From Planctomycetota bacterium (GTDB lineage: Bacteria; Planctomycetota; B15-G4; SIAN01), in contig JANNXA010000051.1 of NCBI GenBank assembly GCA_031409275.1, positions 1 through 64,000 of the forward strand: 64,000 nucleotides of DNA, read 5' to 3'. The notes under the pieces were generated by a model. That model ran no database searches, was not told the origin of the DNA, and saw only the letters and a program-made list of their open reading frames with translations. Position 1 is the first letter of the stretch. Each line of letters opens with the position of its first letter. This document shows, piece after piece, positions 9,596-19,429 of the stretch. Position numbers and translations under genes: made by a program.

Positions 9596-11815
9596 CTAAT
9601 CCCGCGGAAGTTGGCGCAGTGTAGCCGGGCGAGCCAACCGCAACGCGTTCAACACCACTGCCAGCGACGACGCCGCCATCGCCAGACCCGCCGCGGCCGG
9701 TTCGGGGGCGGTGACACCGAACTGCGCGAGCAGCCCCATCGCCCACGGCAGCGCGACGACGTTGTAGGCGACTGCGAGGACGACGTTCCCGCGCAGCACG
9801 CGGCGCGTCGCGCGCGCCAGATCGATCGCCGCGACCACGTCGAGCGGATCGTCGCGCAGCAGCACGAGGCCGCCGGCCGCGCGTGCGAGGTCGGTCGCTT
9901 GCGCCCCACCCATCGCCGCACCGACCGCGGCGATCGCGAGCGCCGCCGCATCGTTGAAGCCATCGCCGACGAAGAGCAGCGGCCCGTGCCGCTGCTGCTC
10001 TGCAGTGACCCGCGCGGCCTTGTCGGTCGGCGTGCAATCGGCATGCACCTGCGCCTCGGTCAGACCCAGCGCGCGCGCGACCTCGAGCGCGGCACTGCGC
10101 CGATCGCCCGTCACCATCGCGACGTGCAAGCCACGCGCCTGCAGCGCCGCGATGGCGGCCGCGGCTCCGGGCCGCACTCGATCCAGCAGCGGCCACGCCG
10201 CGAGCCGCCGGCCATCGACGCTCGCCACCACGACGCCGGCGCCTTGCGCGAGATCGGCGGGCGGCGCGTCTTCGCCCTGAAGCGCGAACGAGGCGCGCCC
10301 GAGCCGCCACTCCTTCCCGGCCTGCCGCATTCGCACGCCGAGTCCGGCACGCTCCTCGATCCCGAGCAGGTTGGTCGCGGTGGCTTCCGGCGGCGCGCTC
10401 GCCGCTGGCGGCCCACCGTCGGAGAGCTGGGCCGCGACCGCCTGTGCGGCCGCGTGGCGGCTGTTCGCCGCGAGTTGCCGCAACGTCGCGCGCTCCGCGT
10501 CGCTCATCGTGGAATGGAGCGGCGCGCCCGCGACGAGGCGCCCCTCGGTCAGCGTCCCGGTTTTGTCGAAAAGGACGGCACCGACCGCCGCCAACCGCTC
10601 GAAGAGCGCCGTCTCCTTGACCAGCAATCCGCGCCGCAACGCGCCGTTCATCGCCGCCACCAGCGCCGTCGGCGTCGCCAGCGCGAGCGCGCACGGACAC
10701 GAGATCACAACCGTCGCCAGCGCACGACCGACGACCGTGACGACATCGCTGCCGAGCCACGCGTGGCCGAGCGCGGTCAGCAGCGCCAGCCCGATCACCG
10801 CCGGCACGAACCACGCCGCGGCCCGCTCGGCCAACGTGACGATCGGCGCGCGCGTCGAGAGCGCGTCGCGCACCAACCGCCCGATCTGCCCGACTTGCGA
10901 CGCCGCGCCGGCGGCGGTCACTTCGATCAGGAGCGGCGCCTGCAAGTTGACGCAGCCGCCGGCAACGCGACTGCCGGGCGCGACATCGATCGGCAGCGGC
11001 TCGCCACGCAGCGACGCCGCGTCGACGCTCGACTGCCCCTCGCGGACGATGCCATCGGCGGGCAGCCGCTCGCCCGGCGCCACCACGACCTGCTCGCCCG
11101 GCACGAGATCCGCCGCAGCGACCTCTTCGATGCGACCGTCGCCGCCGCGTCGACGCGCCGTCGCTGGCAGCAGTTCGAGCAGCTCATGCATGCGCGACGT
11201 CGCGTGCGATCGCACCCGCGCTTCGAGCCACTTGCCGATCCGCAGGAACGCCACCAACCAGACCGCCGCGTGGCCGTGGTCGAGCGCGGGCGGGACGAGT
11301 TGCGCCGCCGCGAGCACCGCGAGCACCGTCGCCGCACCGGCTCCAAGCGCCACCAGCAGATCCATCGTTCCACGACGGGAGCGCAGCGCCGTCCAGGCGC
11401 CGCGCAGGAAGGAGCGGCCCGGCCAGGCCAGCGCCGCCAGCGCCAGCAGCGCCTGCAGCCAGGGCCCCAGTGCCCGCGGCTGATGCTCCGCGAGGTGGCT
11501 TTCGTGGCCTGGCAGCAACAGCGAGAGGAGCGCGAGCGCGGACGCTGCGAGCGCGAGGTGCCGCTCGGACCGCTCGGCCAGCCGCTGCGCGGTCGCGCCG
11601 CTCGCCGCCGCGTGGTAGCCGGCGGCCTCGACCGCCGCGATCAGCTTGGCGAGTTCGAGCCCGGAGCCGTCGATGCGAGCGAGACCGGCGGCGTAGTGAA
11701 CCTCCACCGCAGTCACGCCAGCCACCGCTCGCAGCGCCGACGCGATGGTGTCGGCGCAACCGGCGCAGCGCAGACCGGAAAGTTCGAGCAGCAGCGGTTC
11801 GGGTCGGGCGGCCAT
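9596..11815 (-). CDS. Heavy-metal (Cu+-type) P1B ATPase
   Basis: HMA CAGC, TM CPC, DKTGT, GDGFND, YN and MxxSS motifs. Confidence 0.9.
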   Translation of the reverse strand: MAARPEPLLLELSGLRCAGCADTIASALRAVAGVTAVEVHYAAGLARIDGSGLELAKLIAAVEAAGYHAAASGATAQRLAERSERHLALAASALALLSLLLPGHESHLAEHQPRALGPWLQALLALAALAWPGRSFLRGAWTALRSRRGTMDLLVALGAGAATVLAVLAAAQLVPPALDHGHAAVWLVAFLRIGKWLEARVRSHATSRMHELLELLPATARRRGGDGRIEEVAAADLVPGEQVVVAPGERLPADGIVREGQSSVDAASLRGEPLPIDVAPGSRVAGGCVNLQAPLLIEVTAAGAASQVGQIGRLVRDALSTRAPIVTLAERAAAWFVPAVIGLALLTALGHAWLGSDVVTVVGRALATVVISCPCALALATPTALVAAMNGALRRGLLVKETALFERLAAVGAVLFDKTGTLTEGRLVAGAPLHSTMSDAERATLRQLAANSRHAAAQAVAAQLSDGGPPAASAPPEATATNLLGIEERAGLGVRMRQAGKEWRLGRASFALQGEDAPPADLAQGAGVVVASVDGRRLAAWPLLDRVRPGAAAAIAALQARGLHVAMVTGDRRSAALEVARALGLTEAQVHADCTPTDKAARVTAEQQRHGPLLFVGDGFNDAAALAIAAVGAAMGGAQATDLARAAGGLVLLRDDPLDVVAAIDLARATRRVLRGNVVLAVAYNVVALPWAMGLLAQFGVTAPEPAAAGLAMAASSLAVVLNALRLARPATLRQLPRD

Positions 11816-11893
11816 GCGTCGCAGCTTAAGGTTCCTCCCGAACGGGAGCGGTTCACGGAACCCGCGATGGAACCGCCGAGGACGGACGCCACA

Positions 11894-13867
11894 ATGCGGC
11901 GCGTGCGATTCACCTCCGATGCCCGCCTCGCCTTCGGACTGCTGCTGCTGAGCGTGCTCGCGCTCGGGGCGTTCCTCTTCGTCGGTTTCCAGCCGCTCCG
12001 CTCGCGCGCGTTGCGCTCGCCCGCCGCCGAGCCGCCATCCGTCGCGCCGCTCGCCGGAACCGAGTTCGTCGATGCGACGGACGCAATCGGCCTGTCGGGA
12101 TTCGGCCACCAGCTCGAGTCGGGCGTGCGCTCGATCGCTGACGCGGTCGCCCCGGGACTCGGCCTGCTCGATCTCGACCAAGATGGCGACCTCGACCTCG
12201 TGCTCTTGACGGGCACCAGCGGCGCGACCGGCGTCGCCATCCTTCGCAACGAGCTCGTGCCCAGCGGCGCCGCGCACTTCGTCGACGTCACCGCCGCCGT
12301 CGGCATCAGCTGGCGCGGAGCCGCGCAGGGAATCTGCGCCGGCGACGTCGATGCGGATGGCGACGTCGATCTCTTCGTGACGGCGTACGGTCCCAATCTG
12401 CTGCTGCGCAACGAGCTGAACCAGGAAGGCGAGTTGCTCTTCAGCGACGTCACCAGCGATGCCGGCGTCGCCGGCGGCCGCTGGCACTGGTTGCAGACCG
12501 ACACGCTCCATCCGCCGACGGCGCGACCGGGTCCGCCGCCAGCGCTGCCAGGCAACGACACGACTCTGCGCGAGGTGCCCGAATTCTCGACCGGATGCAC
12601 GTTCGGCGACTACGACGCCGACGGCGACCTCGACCTCTACGTGGCGAACTACCTCTCCTACTTCGAGGCGCGCTGGGCGCTGCGCGGCGCCGACGAGTCG
12701 CAGCGCGAGGACCGTCTGGAACCGGCGCGCTACAAGCCGCAGGTGTTCGAGTCGCAAGACGATCGCCTCTACCTGAACGACGGCGAGGCGGACGACGTGC
12801 TGTTCCGCGACATCAGCCGTTCGGCAGGAGTCGATGACGATGAAGGGCGCGGGCTGGGCGCCGTGTTCGTGCGCGTCGATGGCGACGACTACCCCGACCT
12901 CTACGTCGCCAACGACGCGTCCGACAACGTCTTCTTCCACAACGTCGACGTCGGTCGCGACGATCCGCAGCGGATCCGCCGCCGCTTCGCCGACACCACC
13001 GTCGAGTTCGGATTGAACGACCCGAACTCGGGAATGGGCATCGCGCGCGGCGATGCCGACGGCGACGCCGATCTCGATCTGCTCACGACGAACTGGCGGT
13101 TCCAGTCCGCCTCGCTCTTCCTGTTCCGCCGCGAGGAGCGCGCCCGCGACGACGGCAGCCGCTCGCTCGAACCGTTCTTCGACGAACGCGGCGACGCGGC
13201 CGGGCTCGGCGGGGCGACCTCTCCGTTCGTCGGCTGGGGCTGCGTCTTCCTCGACTTCGACAACGACGGCGACGAGGACATCTTCGTCGGGAACGGTTTC
13301 ACGAGTCCGCGGCAGGATGCGTTGGCCTGCTCGCCCGAGAAGGCGCTGCTGTTCCTGAACCTCGGCGCCGGCCGCTTCGCCGACGTGACCGCTTCCGCGG
13401 GCAGCGCGCTGATGCGGACCTTCTCGGCGCGCGGCGTCGTGTGCGGCGACGTCGATCAGGACGGAGACCTCGACCTGTTGATCGCGCAGAACCAGGGACC
13501 GGTCGTCTACCTCGAGAACCATCTGCCGGCGAACGGCAACCAGTCGCTCGCCGTGTCGGTTCGCATCGGCGCGCTGCGGCCGCCGGAAGTCGCGCCCGCG
13601 ACGGAACCGCCGCCGCCACTCGTGCGCGGCGACGCCGTGAACGTGCAGGTGATCGTCGACGTCGGTGGCCGCAAGCTGGTGCGCGAGCTGGTATCGGGCG
13701 GCTCCTACTTGTCGCAGGGGCCCTTCGAGGCGCACTTCGGGCTCGGTCGTCTCCCACGCGCCGACGAGCTGCGCCTGCAGTGGCCGACGCCACGCGCGCG
13801 CAAGGTGGCCCCCTACCTGAACGTGCCGGCCGGGCGCATCCAGGTCGAGACGCCGCAGGAACGCTGA
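11894..13867 (+). CDS. CRTAC1-like FG-GAP / ASPIC-UnbV protein with N-terminal membrane anchor
   Basis: N-terminal TM helix, DxDxDGDxDL repeats, GSYLSQ...HFGLG...QWP; alternative start at 11867. Confidence 0.88.
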   Translation: MRRVRFTSDARLAFGLLLLSVLALGAFLFVGFQPLRSRALRSPAAEPPSVAPLAGTEFVDATDAIGLSGFGHQLESGVRSIADAVAPGLGLLDLDQDGDLDLVLLTGTSGATGVAILRNELVPSGAAHFVDVTAAVGISWRGAAQGICAGDVDADGDVDLFVTAYGPNLLLRNELNQEGELLFSDVTSDAGVAGGRWHWLQTDTLHPPTARPGPPPALPGNDTTLREVPEFSTGCTFGDYDADGDLDLYVANYLSYFEARWALRGADESQREDRLEPARYKPQVFESQDDRLYLNDGEADDVLFRDISRSAGVDDDEGRGLGAVFVRVDGDDYPDLYVANDASDNVFFHNVDVGRDDPQRIRRRFADTTVEFGLNDPNSGMGIARGDADGDADLDLLTTNWRFQSASLFLFRREERARDDGSRSLEPFFDERGDAAGLGGATSPFVGWGCVFLDFDNDGDEDIFVGNGFTSPRQDALACSPEKALLFLNLGAGRFADVTASAGSALMRTFSARGVVCGDVDQDGDLDLLIAQNQGPVVYLENHLPANGNQSLAVSVRIGALRPPEVAPATEPPPPLVRGDAVNVQVIVDVGGRKLVRELVSGGSYLSQGPFEAHFGLGRLPRADELRLQWPTPRARKVAPYLNVPAGRIQVETPQER

Positions 13868-13868
13868 A

Positions 13869-16391
13869 ATGAGCGACTCCATCCGCGGCCGCGGACTCCA
13901 TCGCATCCGCAACAAGGTGCTCGCCGTGCTGGTGGCGATGGCGGTGCTGCCGGCGGTCGCCGTCTCGATCTACGCGCTTCGCAAGACTTCCGACGCCCTC
14001 TCCGAGCAGGCGTTGACGCTCATCTCCGAGTCGTGCGTCACCGATGCGCGTCGCGCCGGCGATCTGCTGGCGGGCGTCGAGCAGCAACTCGTCGCGCTGG
14101 TGAAGGGGAACAACGATGCGACGCAGTTGCTGCGGCAGTTCGTCCCCGACGAGGACTCCCAGCAGAGCGGCGAGCGCGAGACGATCGAGGATTCCAAGTG
14201 GAAGGCGGTCCAGCGCGACTTGAACGCGGTCGACCAGAAACTGCGCCGACTGCTCGAGGAGCAGCCGAGCTGCCTGCTCGCGCTGGTCAGCTCGCCCGGG
14301 TTCGGGGCACCGGAAGGAACGCCGATCCTGTGGGTCGCGCGTGACGACGGCAAGCGTCCGTTGCAGAGCCTCGTCGAGCGCGACCGCTCCGGCTACCTGC
14401 GCCCGTTGCCGCCCCCCGCCGATCCGCTGCTGCCGCGGCTGGCCGAGAAGTTCAGCGAAGTCCGTGACCAGCATCCCGAGCGTGATCTGCTGCGCGCGAC
14501 GGTGATCCGCCCGGCACCCGACGAGGATGACGCCGTCGAGCTGTTCGCCGCGCGCGTGCAGGGCAGCCAAGGGACCGAGTTCGGCTGGATCTTCTTGGTC
14601 CATTCGTGGCGGCTGCTGCTGCGGGAACTGCACGAGCACGAGGCGATCGCCGAGGATCGGACGCTCCTGTCGATCTTCGATGCGCGCAAGCTCGCGCCGC
14701 TCGCGACCTCGCAGCCGGGCCGCTTCGTCAGGCTGCCCGAGGAGTTCGGGTTGCGCGACCACGCGCGCTCGCTGCATGCCAACGCCGCGCTGTTCGAAAG
14801 CGGCGAGGTGGTCGCGTTCGCGCCGCTGCTGCCACGCGGCAACGACGCGAGCCTCGCGTACGTCCTCGCCAGCGAACGACCGGCGAGCGGGCTCCTGGCC
14901 AGCGTGCGCCGCTTCCAGATCGTCTTCACCGCCGTGCTCGCGGGCGCGCTCCTGCTGGCAACCCTGGTCGGGTTGTGGTTCGCGCGCCGCCTCACGCGCC
15001 CGCTCGAGGTGCTGCGCGACGGTGCCATCCGCATCGGCCGCGGCGAGCTCACCCAGACGATCGAGGTGGCGACCGGCGACGAGGCGGAGGAGCTCGCGCA
15101 CGAGTTCAACGCGATGGCGGGCGAGCTGCGCTCGCTCTACGCCGGCATGGAGCAGACGATCCGCGAGCGCACCGAGCAGCTGCAGACGGCGCTCGACGGG
15201 CTGCGCGTCGCCCATGACCGCATCGTCGATTCGGAGAAGCGCTATTCCGACATCGTCGAGAACGCCTCCGACCTGATCCAGGTGACCGATGCGGAAGGGC
15301 GCATCGTCTCGGCCAACCGTCGCCAGGCGGAGCGCCTGTGCGCGCCGGGCGAAGAGCTGCGCGGCCGCTCCTTCTTCGACCTCGTCGCCCCGGAAGCGAG
15401 GACGGCCACGCAGCGCGCCTTCGCGCAGGTGCTGGCCGGCGGCTCGTTGCGCGCGTTCGACTCCGAGCTGATGGGCAACGGCAACGCGCCTCGTTTTCCG
15501 GTCGAGATCTCCGCCACGCCGATCATCGAAGCCGGTCGCGCCGTCGGCGTGCGGGCGATCCTGCGCGACGTCAGCGAGCGCAAGGCATTCGAGGCGCGGC
15601 TGATCAAGGCGGAGCGCCTCTCCTCGGTCGGCGCGCTCGCCGCCGGCGTGGCCCACGAGATCAACAACCCGATGGGCATCATCACGATGTTCGCGCAGCG
15701 GACGCTCGAGCGGGCGAAGAAGGGCGAGCTCGACATCGCCAAGCTCGAGAAGATCGTCGAGCAGGGCAAGCGCGTCGCGGCGATCACGCGCAACCTGCTC
15801 GACTTCGCGCGCGCGGCGCCGACTCGCTTCGCCCCGTTCGCGATCGGCGACGTGGTCCAGAGCACGTGCGCGCTGGTCGCCGATCGTGTGCAGATGGCCT
15901 CGATCACGCTCGCCGTCGACATCGCTCCGGGCCTGCCGCCGGTGATGGGCAACGGCCAGCAGATCGGCCAGGTGGTGCTGAACCTCCTGCTGAACTCGAT
16001 CCAGGCGCTCGGCAAGGAGGGGCGCATCACCGTGCGCGCCGAGTCGATCGAGAGCGGACGGCTGCCTACCGGCGGTCGCGCGCTGCGCGTCACCGTCGAG
16101 GATGACGGGCCCGGCATCGCGGCGGAGGCGCTGCCTCACCTGTTCGAGCCGTTCTTCACCACCAAGGCGCCCGGCGAGGGCACCGGACTTGGACTCTCGG
16201 TCTCTTGGGGCATCGTGAAGGATCACCACGGCGCGATCTTTGCCCGCAACCGCCCGGAGGGGGGCGCCTGCTTCGAGCTGGAACTACCCTTGGAAGCGGC
16301 GCTCGCCATGAGCGACGAGTCGAAGCGTCCCAACCTGCCGTCGGCGTCCCCGACGGCTCCTGCACCCGCAAAGAATGAAAGCGAGAGCTGA
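13869..16391 (+). CDS. Membrane sensor histidine kinase (periplasmic domain, HAMP, PAS, HisKA, HATPase)
   Basis: Two TMs, HAMP, PAS, AHEINNP H-box, N/D/F/G boxes (FFTTK...GTGLGL). Confidence 0.95.
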   Translation: MSDSIRGRGLHRIRNKVLAVLVAMAVLPAVAVSIYALRKTSDALSEQALTLISESCVTDARRAGDLLAGVEQQLVALVKGNNDATQLLRQFVPDEDSQQSGERETIEDSKWKAVQRDLNAVDQKLRRLLEEQPSCLLALVSSPGFGAPEGTPILWVARDDGKRPLQSLVERDRSGYLRPLPPPADPLLPRLAEKFSEVRDQHPERDLLRATVIRPAPDEDDAVELFAARVQGSQGTEFGWIFLVHSWRLLLRELHEHEAIAEDRTLLSIFDARKLAPLATSQPGRFVRLPEEFGLRDHARSLHANAALFESGEVVAFAPLLPRGNDASLAYVLASERPASGLLASVRRFQIVFTAVLAGALLLATLVGLWFARRLTRPLEVLRDGAIRIGRGELTQTIEVATGDEAEELAHEFNAMAGELRSLYAGMEQTIRERTEQLQTALDGLRVAHDRIVDSEKRYSDIVENASDLIQVTDAEGRIVSANRRQAERLCAPGEELRGRSFFDLVAPEARTATQRAFAQVLAGGSLRAFDSELMGNGNAPRFPVEISATPIIEAGRAVGVRAILRDVSERKAFEARLIKAERLSSVGALAAGVAHEINNPMGIITMFAQRTLERAKKGELDIAKLEKIVEQGKRVAAITRNLLDFARAAPTRFAPFAIGDVVQSTCALVADRVQMASITLAVDIAPGLPPVMGNGQQIGQVVLNLLLNSIQALGKEGRITVRAESIESGRLPTGGRALRVTVEDDGPGIAAEALPHLFEPFFTTKAPGEGTGLGLSVSWGIVKDHHGAIFARNRPEGGACFELELPLEAALAMSDESKRPNLPSASPTAPAPAKNESES

Positions 16392-17788
16392 TGGCGCGGA
16401 TCCTGGTGGTCGACGACGAAGAGGCGATCCGCAGCGGCCTCGCTGAGATCCTCACCGAGGAGGGCTACGACGTCGAGCAGGCCGGCGACGGCCAGTCGGC
16501 GCTGGCGCGCGTTCGCGAAGCGGTCTTCGATCTCGTCTGCACCGACGTCCGCATGCCGCGCATGGACGGCCTCGAACTCGTCGAACGGGTGAAGCAGGAG
16601 AGCCCCGAGACCGAGCTCATCGTCATCACGGGGTTCGCGAGCCTGCAGTCGGCGGTCGACGCGGTGAAGCGCGGCGCCGAGGACTATCTCAGCAAGCCGT
16701 TCGACCTCGACGAGGTGCGCCTCACCGTGAAGCGCGCGCTCGAGAAGAAGTCGCTTCGCGACAAGCAGGGGCGTCTCGAACGGCGCGTGGCCCATCTGTC
16801 GCCGGGCAAGGCGCTGCTGGGCAAGAGCGCCGCCTTCCTGCGCTCGCTGCAGCTGCTCGAGCGCGTGGCGCCGACGCAGTCGACCGTGTTGATCCTCGGC
16901 GAGACGGGCACCGGCAAGGAGCTCGTCGCTCGCGAGATCCATCGCCAGAGCCCGCGCGCCGCCGAGCCGTTCATCCCGATCAACTGCGGCGCGCTGCCCG
17001 ACACGCTGCTCGAAAGCGAGCTCTTCGGCTACGCGAAGGGCGCCTTCACCGGCGCCGACAAGAACACCCACGGTCTCTTCGAGGCGGCCGACCGCGGCAC
17101 CCTCTTCCTCGATGAGATCGGCAACATCTCGCTCAGCATGCAGCAACGACTGCTGCGCGTGCTCGAGTCGGGCGAGCTGCTGCGCCTCGGTGAGCGCAAG
17201 GTTCGCAAGGTCGACGTGCGCATCGTGGCCGCCACCAACTCCGACCTGAAGCGCGACGTCGAGAAGGGGCTGTTCCGCCAGGATTTCTACTACCGCCTGC
17301 GTGTCCTGAGCCTCGAGCTGCCGCCGCTGCGGGACCGCATGGACGACTTGCCGCTGCTGGCCAACCACTTCCTGGAAGGGTGCGCCGCGCGCTTCCACAA
17401 GAAGATCGACGGCTTCTCGAAGCCCGCGCTCGCGGCCCTTTCGGGCCATCGCTGGCCCGGCAACATCCGCGAGCTCGAGAACTCCGTGGAGCATGCGGCG
17501 ATCCTGTGCGTGACGCCGTCGATCGAGCTCGAAGACCTGCCGGGAGAGCTGCGCGAGAAGGCGGTGACGGATGGCGGCGCGGCCGCCGCGCCGGTCACCC
17601 TCGACGCGCTCGAACGCCAGCACATCCTGCGAGTGCTGCGCGAATCCGGCGGCCATCGCGGCCGGACCGCCGAGATCCTCGGCATCAACCGCCGGACGCT
17701 CTACCGCAAGCTGATCGAGTACGGCGTCGCCCGGGACGAGGGGGACGACGAGGACGGGGACGATTCGCCCCAGCCCGCGACGACGTGA
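16391..17788 (+). CDS. Sigma-54-dependent response regulator (NtrC/AtoC family)
   Basis: REC domain (VDDE, DVRMP), [23 protein letters not shown]-terminal HTH. Confidence 0.95.
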   Translation: MARILVVDDEEAIRSGLAEILTEEGYDVEQAGDGQSALARVREAVFDLVCTDVRMPRMDGLELVERVKQESPETELIVITGFASLQSAVDAVKRGAEDYLSKPFDLDEVRLTVKRALEKKSLRDKQGRLERRVAHLSPGKALLGKSAAFLRSLQLLERVAPTQSTVLILGETGTGKELVAREIHRQSPRAAEPFIPINCGALPDTLLESELFGYAKGAFTGADKNTHGLFEAADRGTLFLDEIGNISLSMQQRLLRVLESGELLRLGERKVRKVDVRIVAATNSDLKRDVEKGLFRQDFYYRLRVLSLELPPLRDRMDDLPLLANHFLEGCAARFHKKIDGFSKPALAALSGHRWPGNIRELENSVEHAAILCVTPSIELEDLPGELREKAVTDGGAAAAPVTLDALERQHILRVLRESGGHRGRTAEILGINRRTLYRKLIEYGVARDEGDDEDGDDSPQPATT

Positions 17789-17799
17789 TTGGGGCGAAT

Positions 17800-17825
17800 C
17801 GTCTCAGCCACAGGTCGGTGAGACG
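17800..17825. promoter_or_regulatory. Candidate bEBP enhancer: inverted repeat CGTCTCA-N12-TGAGACG
   Basis: Perfect 7-bp dyad centred about 170 bp upstream of the predicted sigma-54 start site. Confidence 0.4.
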
Positions 17826-17954
17826 TTTCGACCACGCTCGCGCCGATCGCCCGCCCTCCGTTCCACGGCACCGTGAGCCTCAAGTTGCTGCAGGAGCTTG
17901 ACTTGCGCACGGTCGAAAAAAGTTGGGACAGTGCGGGAGCAGGTTGGGACCTGT

Positions 17955-17969
17955 TGGCACACCCGTTGC
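17955..17969 (+). promoter_or_regulatory. Sigma-54 (-24/-12) promoter
   Basis: TGGCAC-ACCCG-TTGC matches the TGGCAC-N5-TTGC consensus exactly. Confidence 0.75.
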
Positions 17970-17978
17970 CATGAAATG

Positions 17979-18133
17979 AGCGGAGGCGCAAGCGCGTTCT
18001 CCGCTGATCGCACCTGGGTACCGGCAAGTCTTCGGGACGAACAGCGCACCTGAGTCGAATGGAAACGGGACCTTTCGAGCGAGAGGTCCCCTTCGCGAAG
18101 GCCGCCTCGGCAAGGGTGGCCTTCGTTCGTTTT
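17979..18133 (+). ncRNA. Candidate sigma-54-dependent small RNA
   Basis: Begins at the predicted +1. Has a 5' hairpin AGCGGAG/CTCCGCT, a cUUCGg loop, a 10-bp hairpin at 18067-18090 and a terminator hairpin with T tract. No credible ORF. Confidence 0.55.
18096..18133 (+). terminator. Intrinsic terminator
   Basis: CGAAGGCCGCC...GGTGGCCTTCG stem followed by TTCGTTTT. Confidence 0.65.
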
Positions 18134-18160
18134 ACGGCGTTCGTTTTACGGCGTTCGTTT
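18125..18160. repeat. 14-bp tandem repeat GTTCGTTTTACGGC, about 2.6 copies
   Basis: Copies at 18125-18138 and 18139-18152, partial copy at 18153-18160. Confidence 0.85.
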
Positions 18161-18187
18161 CCCGCCGCTTCGTGACCGCCGCTTCGT

Positions 18188-19429
18188 TCAGGCGGTGAAA
18201 TCGAATCGCATCGGAACGACGACCACGCCGCCGCTCGAAACGGTGAAGCGACGGCGGTCGCGCTCGAGGTCATGGCCGATCGTCTCGCCCGCCGGCACCT
18301 CGGTCCACTTGTCGATGATGGCGCGGCGCACCTTGGCGCCCGGCTTCACCACGACGCCAGCGTGCAGGATCGAGTCCTCCACCACCGCGTGCTCCTCCAC
18401 CCGCACCTGGTAGCTCAGGACCGAGCGCTCGACGCGACCGCCCGAGACGATGACGCCGGGGCAAACGATCGAGTCGAGCACCTCGGCGCGCTTGCCGGTG
18501 CCGACCGGATCGGCGAAGACCGTCTTCGCGGGCGGCTCGTTGTGCTGCATGGTGAAGATCGGCCAATGGCGGTCGTAGAGGTTGAACTGCGGCGTCACCG
18601 AGATGAGATCGAGGTTCGCCTCGTAGAACGAGTCGATCGTCCCGATGTCGCGCCAGTACGGCTCGTCCTTCTGGTTCTCGTCGACGAAGCGATGGACGAC
18701 GACCTTCTTGTCGCGGATCGCGCGCGGGATCACGTCCTTGCCGAAATCGTGGCTCGAGTCGGCGCGCGCGGCGTCCTCGACCAGCAGTTCCTTCAGCGCC
18801 GACGTCTCGAACAGGTAGATCCCCATCGAGCCGAGCGCGTGGCTCGGGCGATCGGCCATCGGCGTCGGATCGCGCGGCTTCTCCGCGAAGCTCTTCACGC
18901 GGCCGTCGGGATGGACCTCGAAGACGCCGAAGCGACTCGCCTCGCCGATCGGGACCGGCACCGCGCCGATCGTGATCGCGGCGCCCTGCTTCACGTGGTC
19001 CTGCAGCATGCGACCGTAGTCCATTTTGTAGATGTGGTCGCCCGACAGGATCAGCACGCGCTGCTTGCCCTCGGCCTCGATCGTCTCGAGGTTCTGCTGC
19101 ACGGCATCGGCGGTGCCGCCGTACCACGTCTCGCGCGTGGCGCGCTGCGGCGGCAGCGGCGCGATGAACTGCGCGAGGCGCCGCGGCAGGAAGTTCCACC
19201 CGAGCCGCAGATGGTCCTCGAGCGAGCGCGAGCGGTACTGCGTCAGCACGTAGATGTGACGCAGACCCGAGTTGATGCAGTTGCTGAGCGTGAAGTCGAT
19301 GATCCGGTACATGCCGCCGAACGACACGGCCGGCTTCGCGCGCTCCGCCGTCAACGGCATCAGACGCTCGCCCTGGCCGCCGGCGAGGATCAGCGTGAGG
19401 GTCTGCTGCAGTGAATCAGTGAGCGGCAT
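18188..19429 (-). CDS. glgC: Glucose-1-phosphate adenylyltransferase
   Basis: LAGGQGERL, RAKPAVSFGG, WYGGTADAV, SMGIY, DFGKDVIP, YWRDIGT. Confidence 0.97.
   Translation of the reverse strand: MPLTDSLQQTLTLILAGGQGERLMPLTAERAKPAVSFGGMYRIIDFTLSNCINSGLRHIYVLTQYRSRSLEDHLRLGWNFLPRRLAQFIAPLPPQRATRETWYGGTADAVQQNLETIEAEGKQRVLILSGDHIYKMDYGRMLQDHVKQGAAITIGAVPVPIGEASRFGVFEVHPDGRVKSFAEKPRDPTPMADRPSHALGSMGIYLFETSALKELLVEDAARADSSHDFGKDVIPRAIRDKKVVVHRFVDENQKDEPYWRDIGTIDSFYEANLDLISVTPQFNLYDRHWPIFTMQHNEPPAKTVFADPVGTGKRAEVLDSIVCPGVIVSGGRVERSVLSYQVRVEEHAVVEDSILHAGVVVKPGAKVRRAIIDKWTEVPAGETIGHDLERDRRRFTVSSGGVVVVPMRFDFTA

Noticed and set aside
9596..13915. Apparent giant overlapping ORFs of 1439 and 1418 aa
   Set aside because: Each is a real gene plus a stop-free antisense extension over its divergent neighbour; the real starts are near 11815 and 11894.
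17976..18053. 25-codon ORF (MSGGASAF...) within the candidate RNA
   Set aside because: Its ATG lies upstream of the predicted +1 and has no RBS; it cannot be fully excluded.
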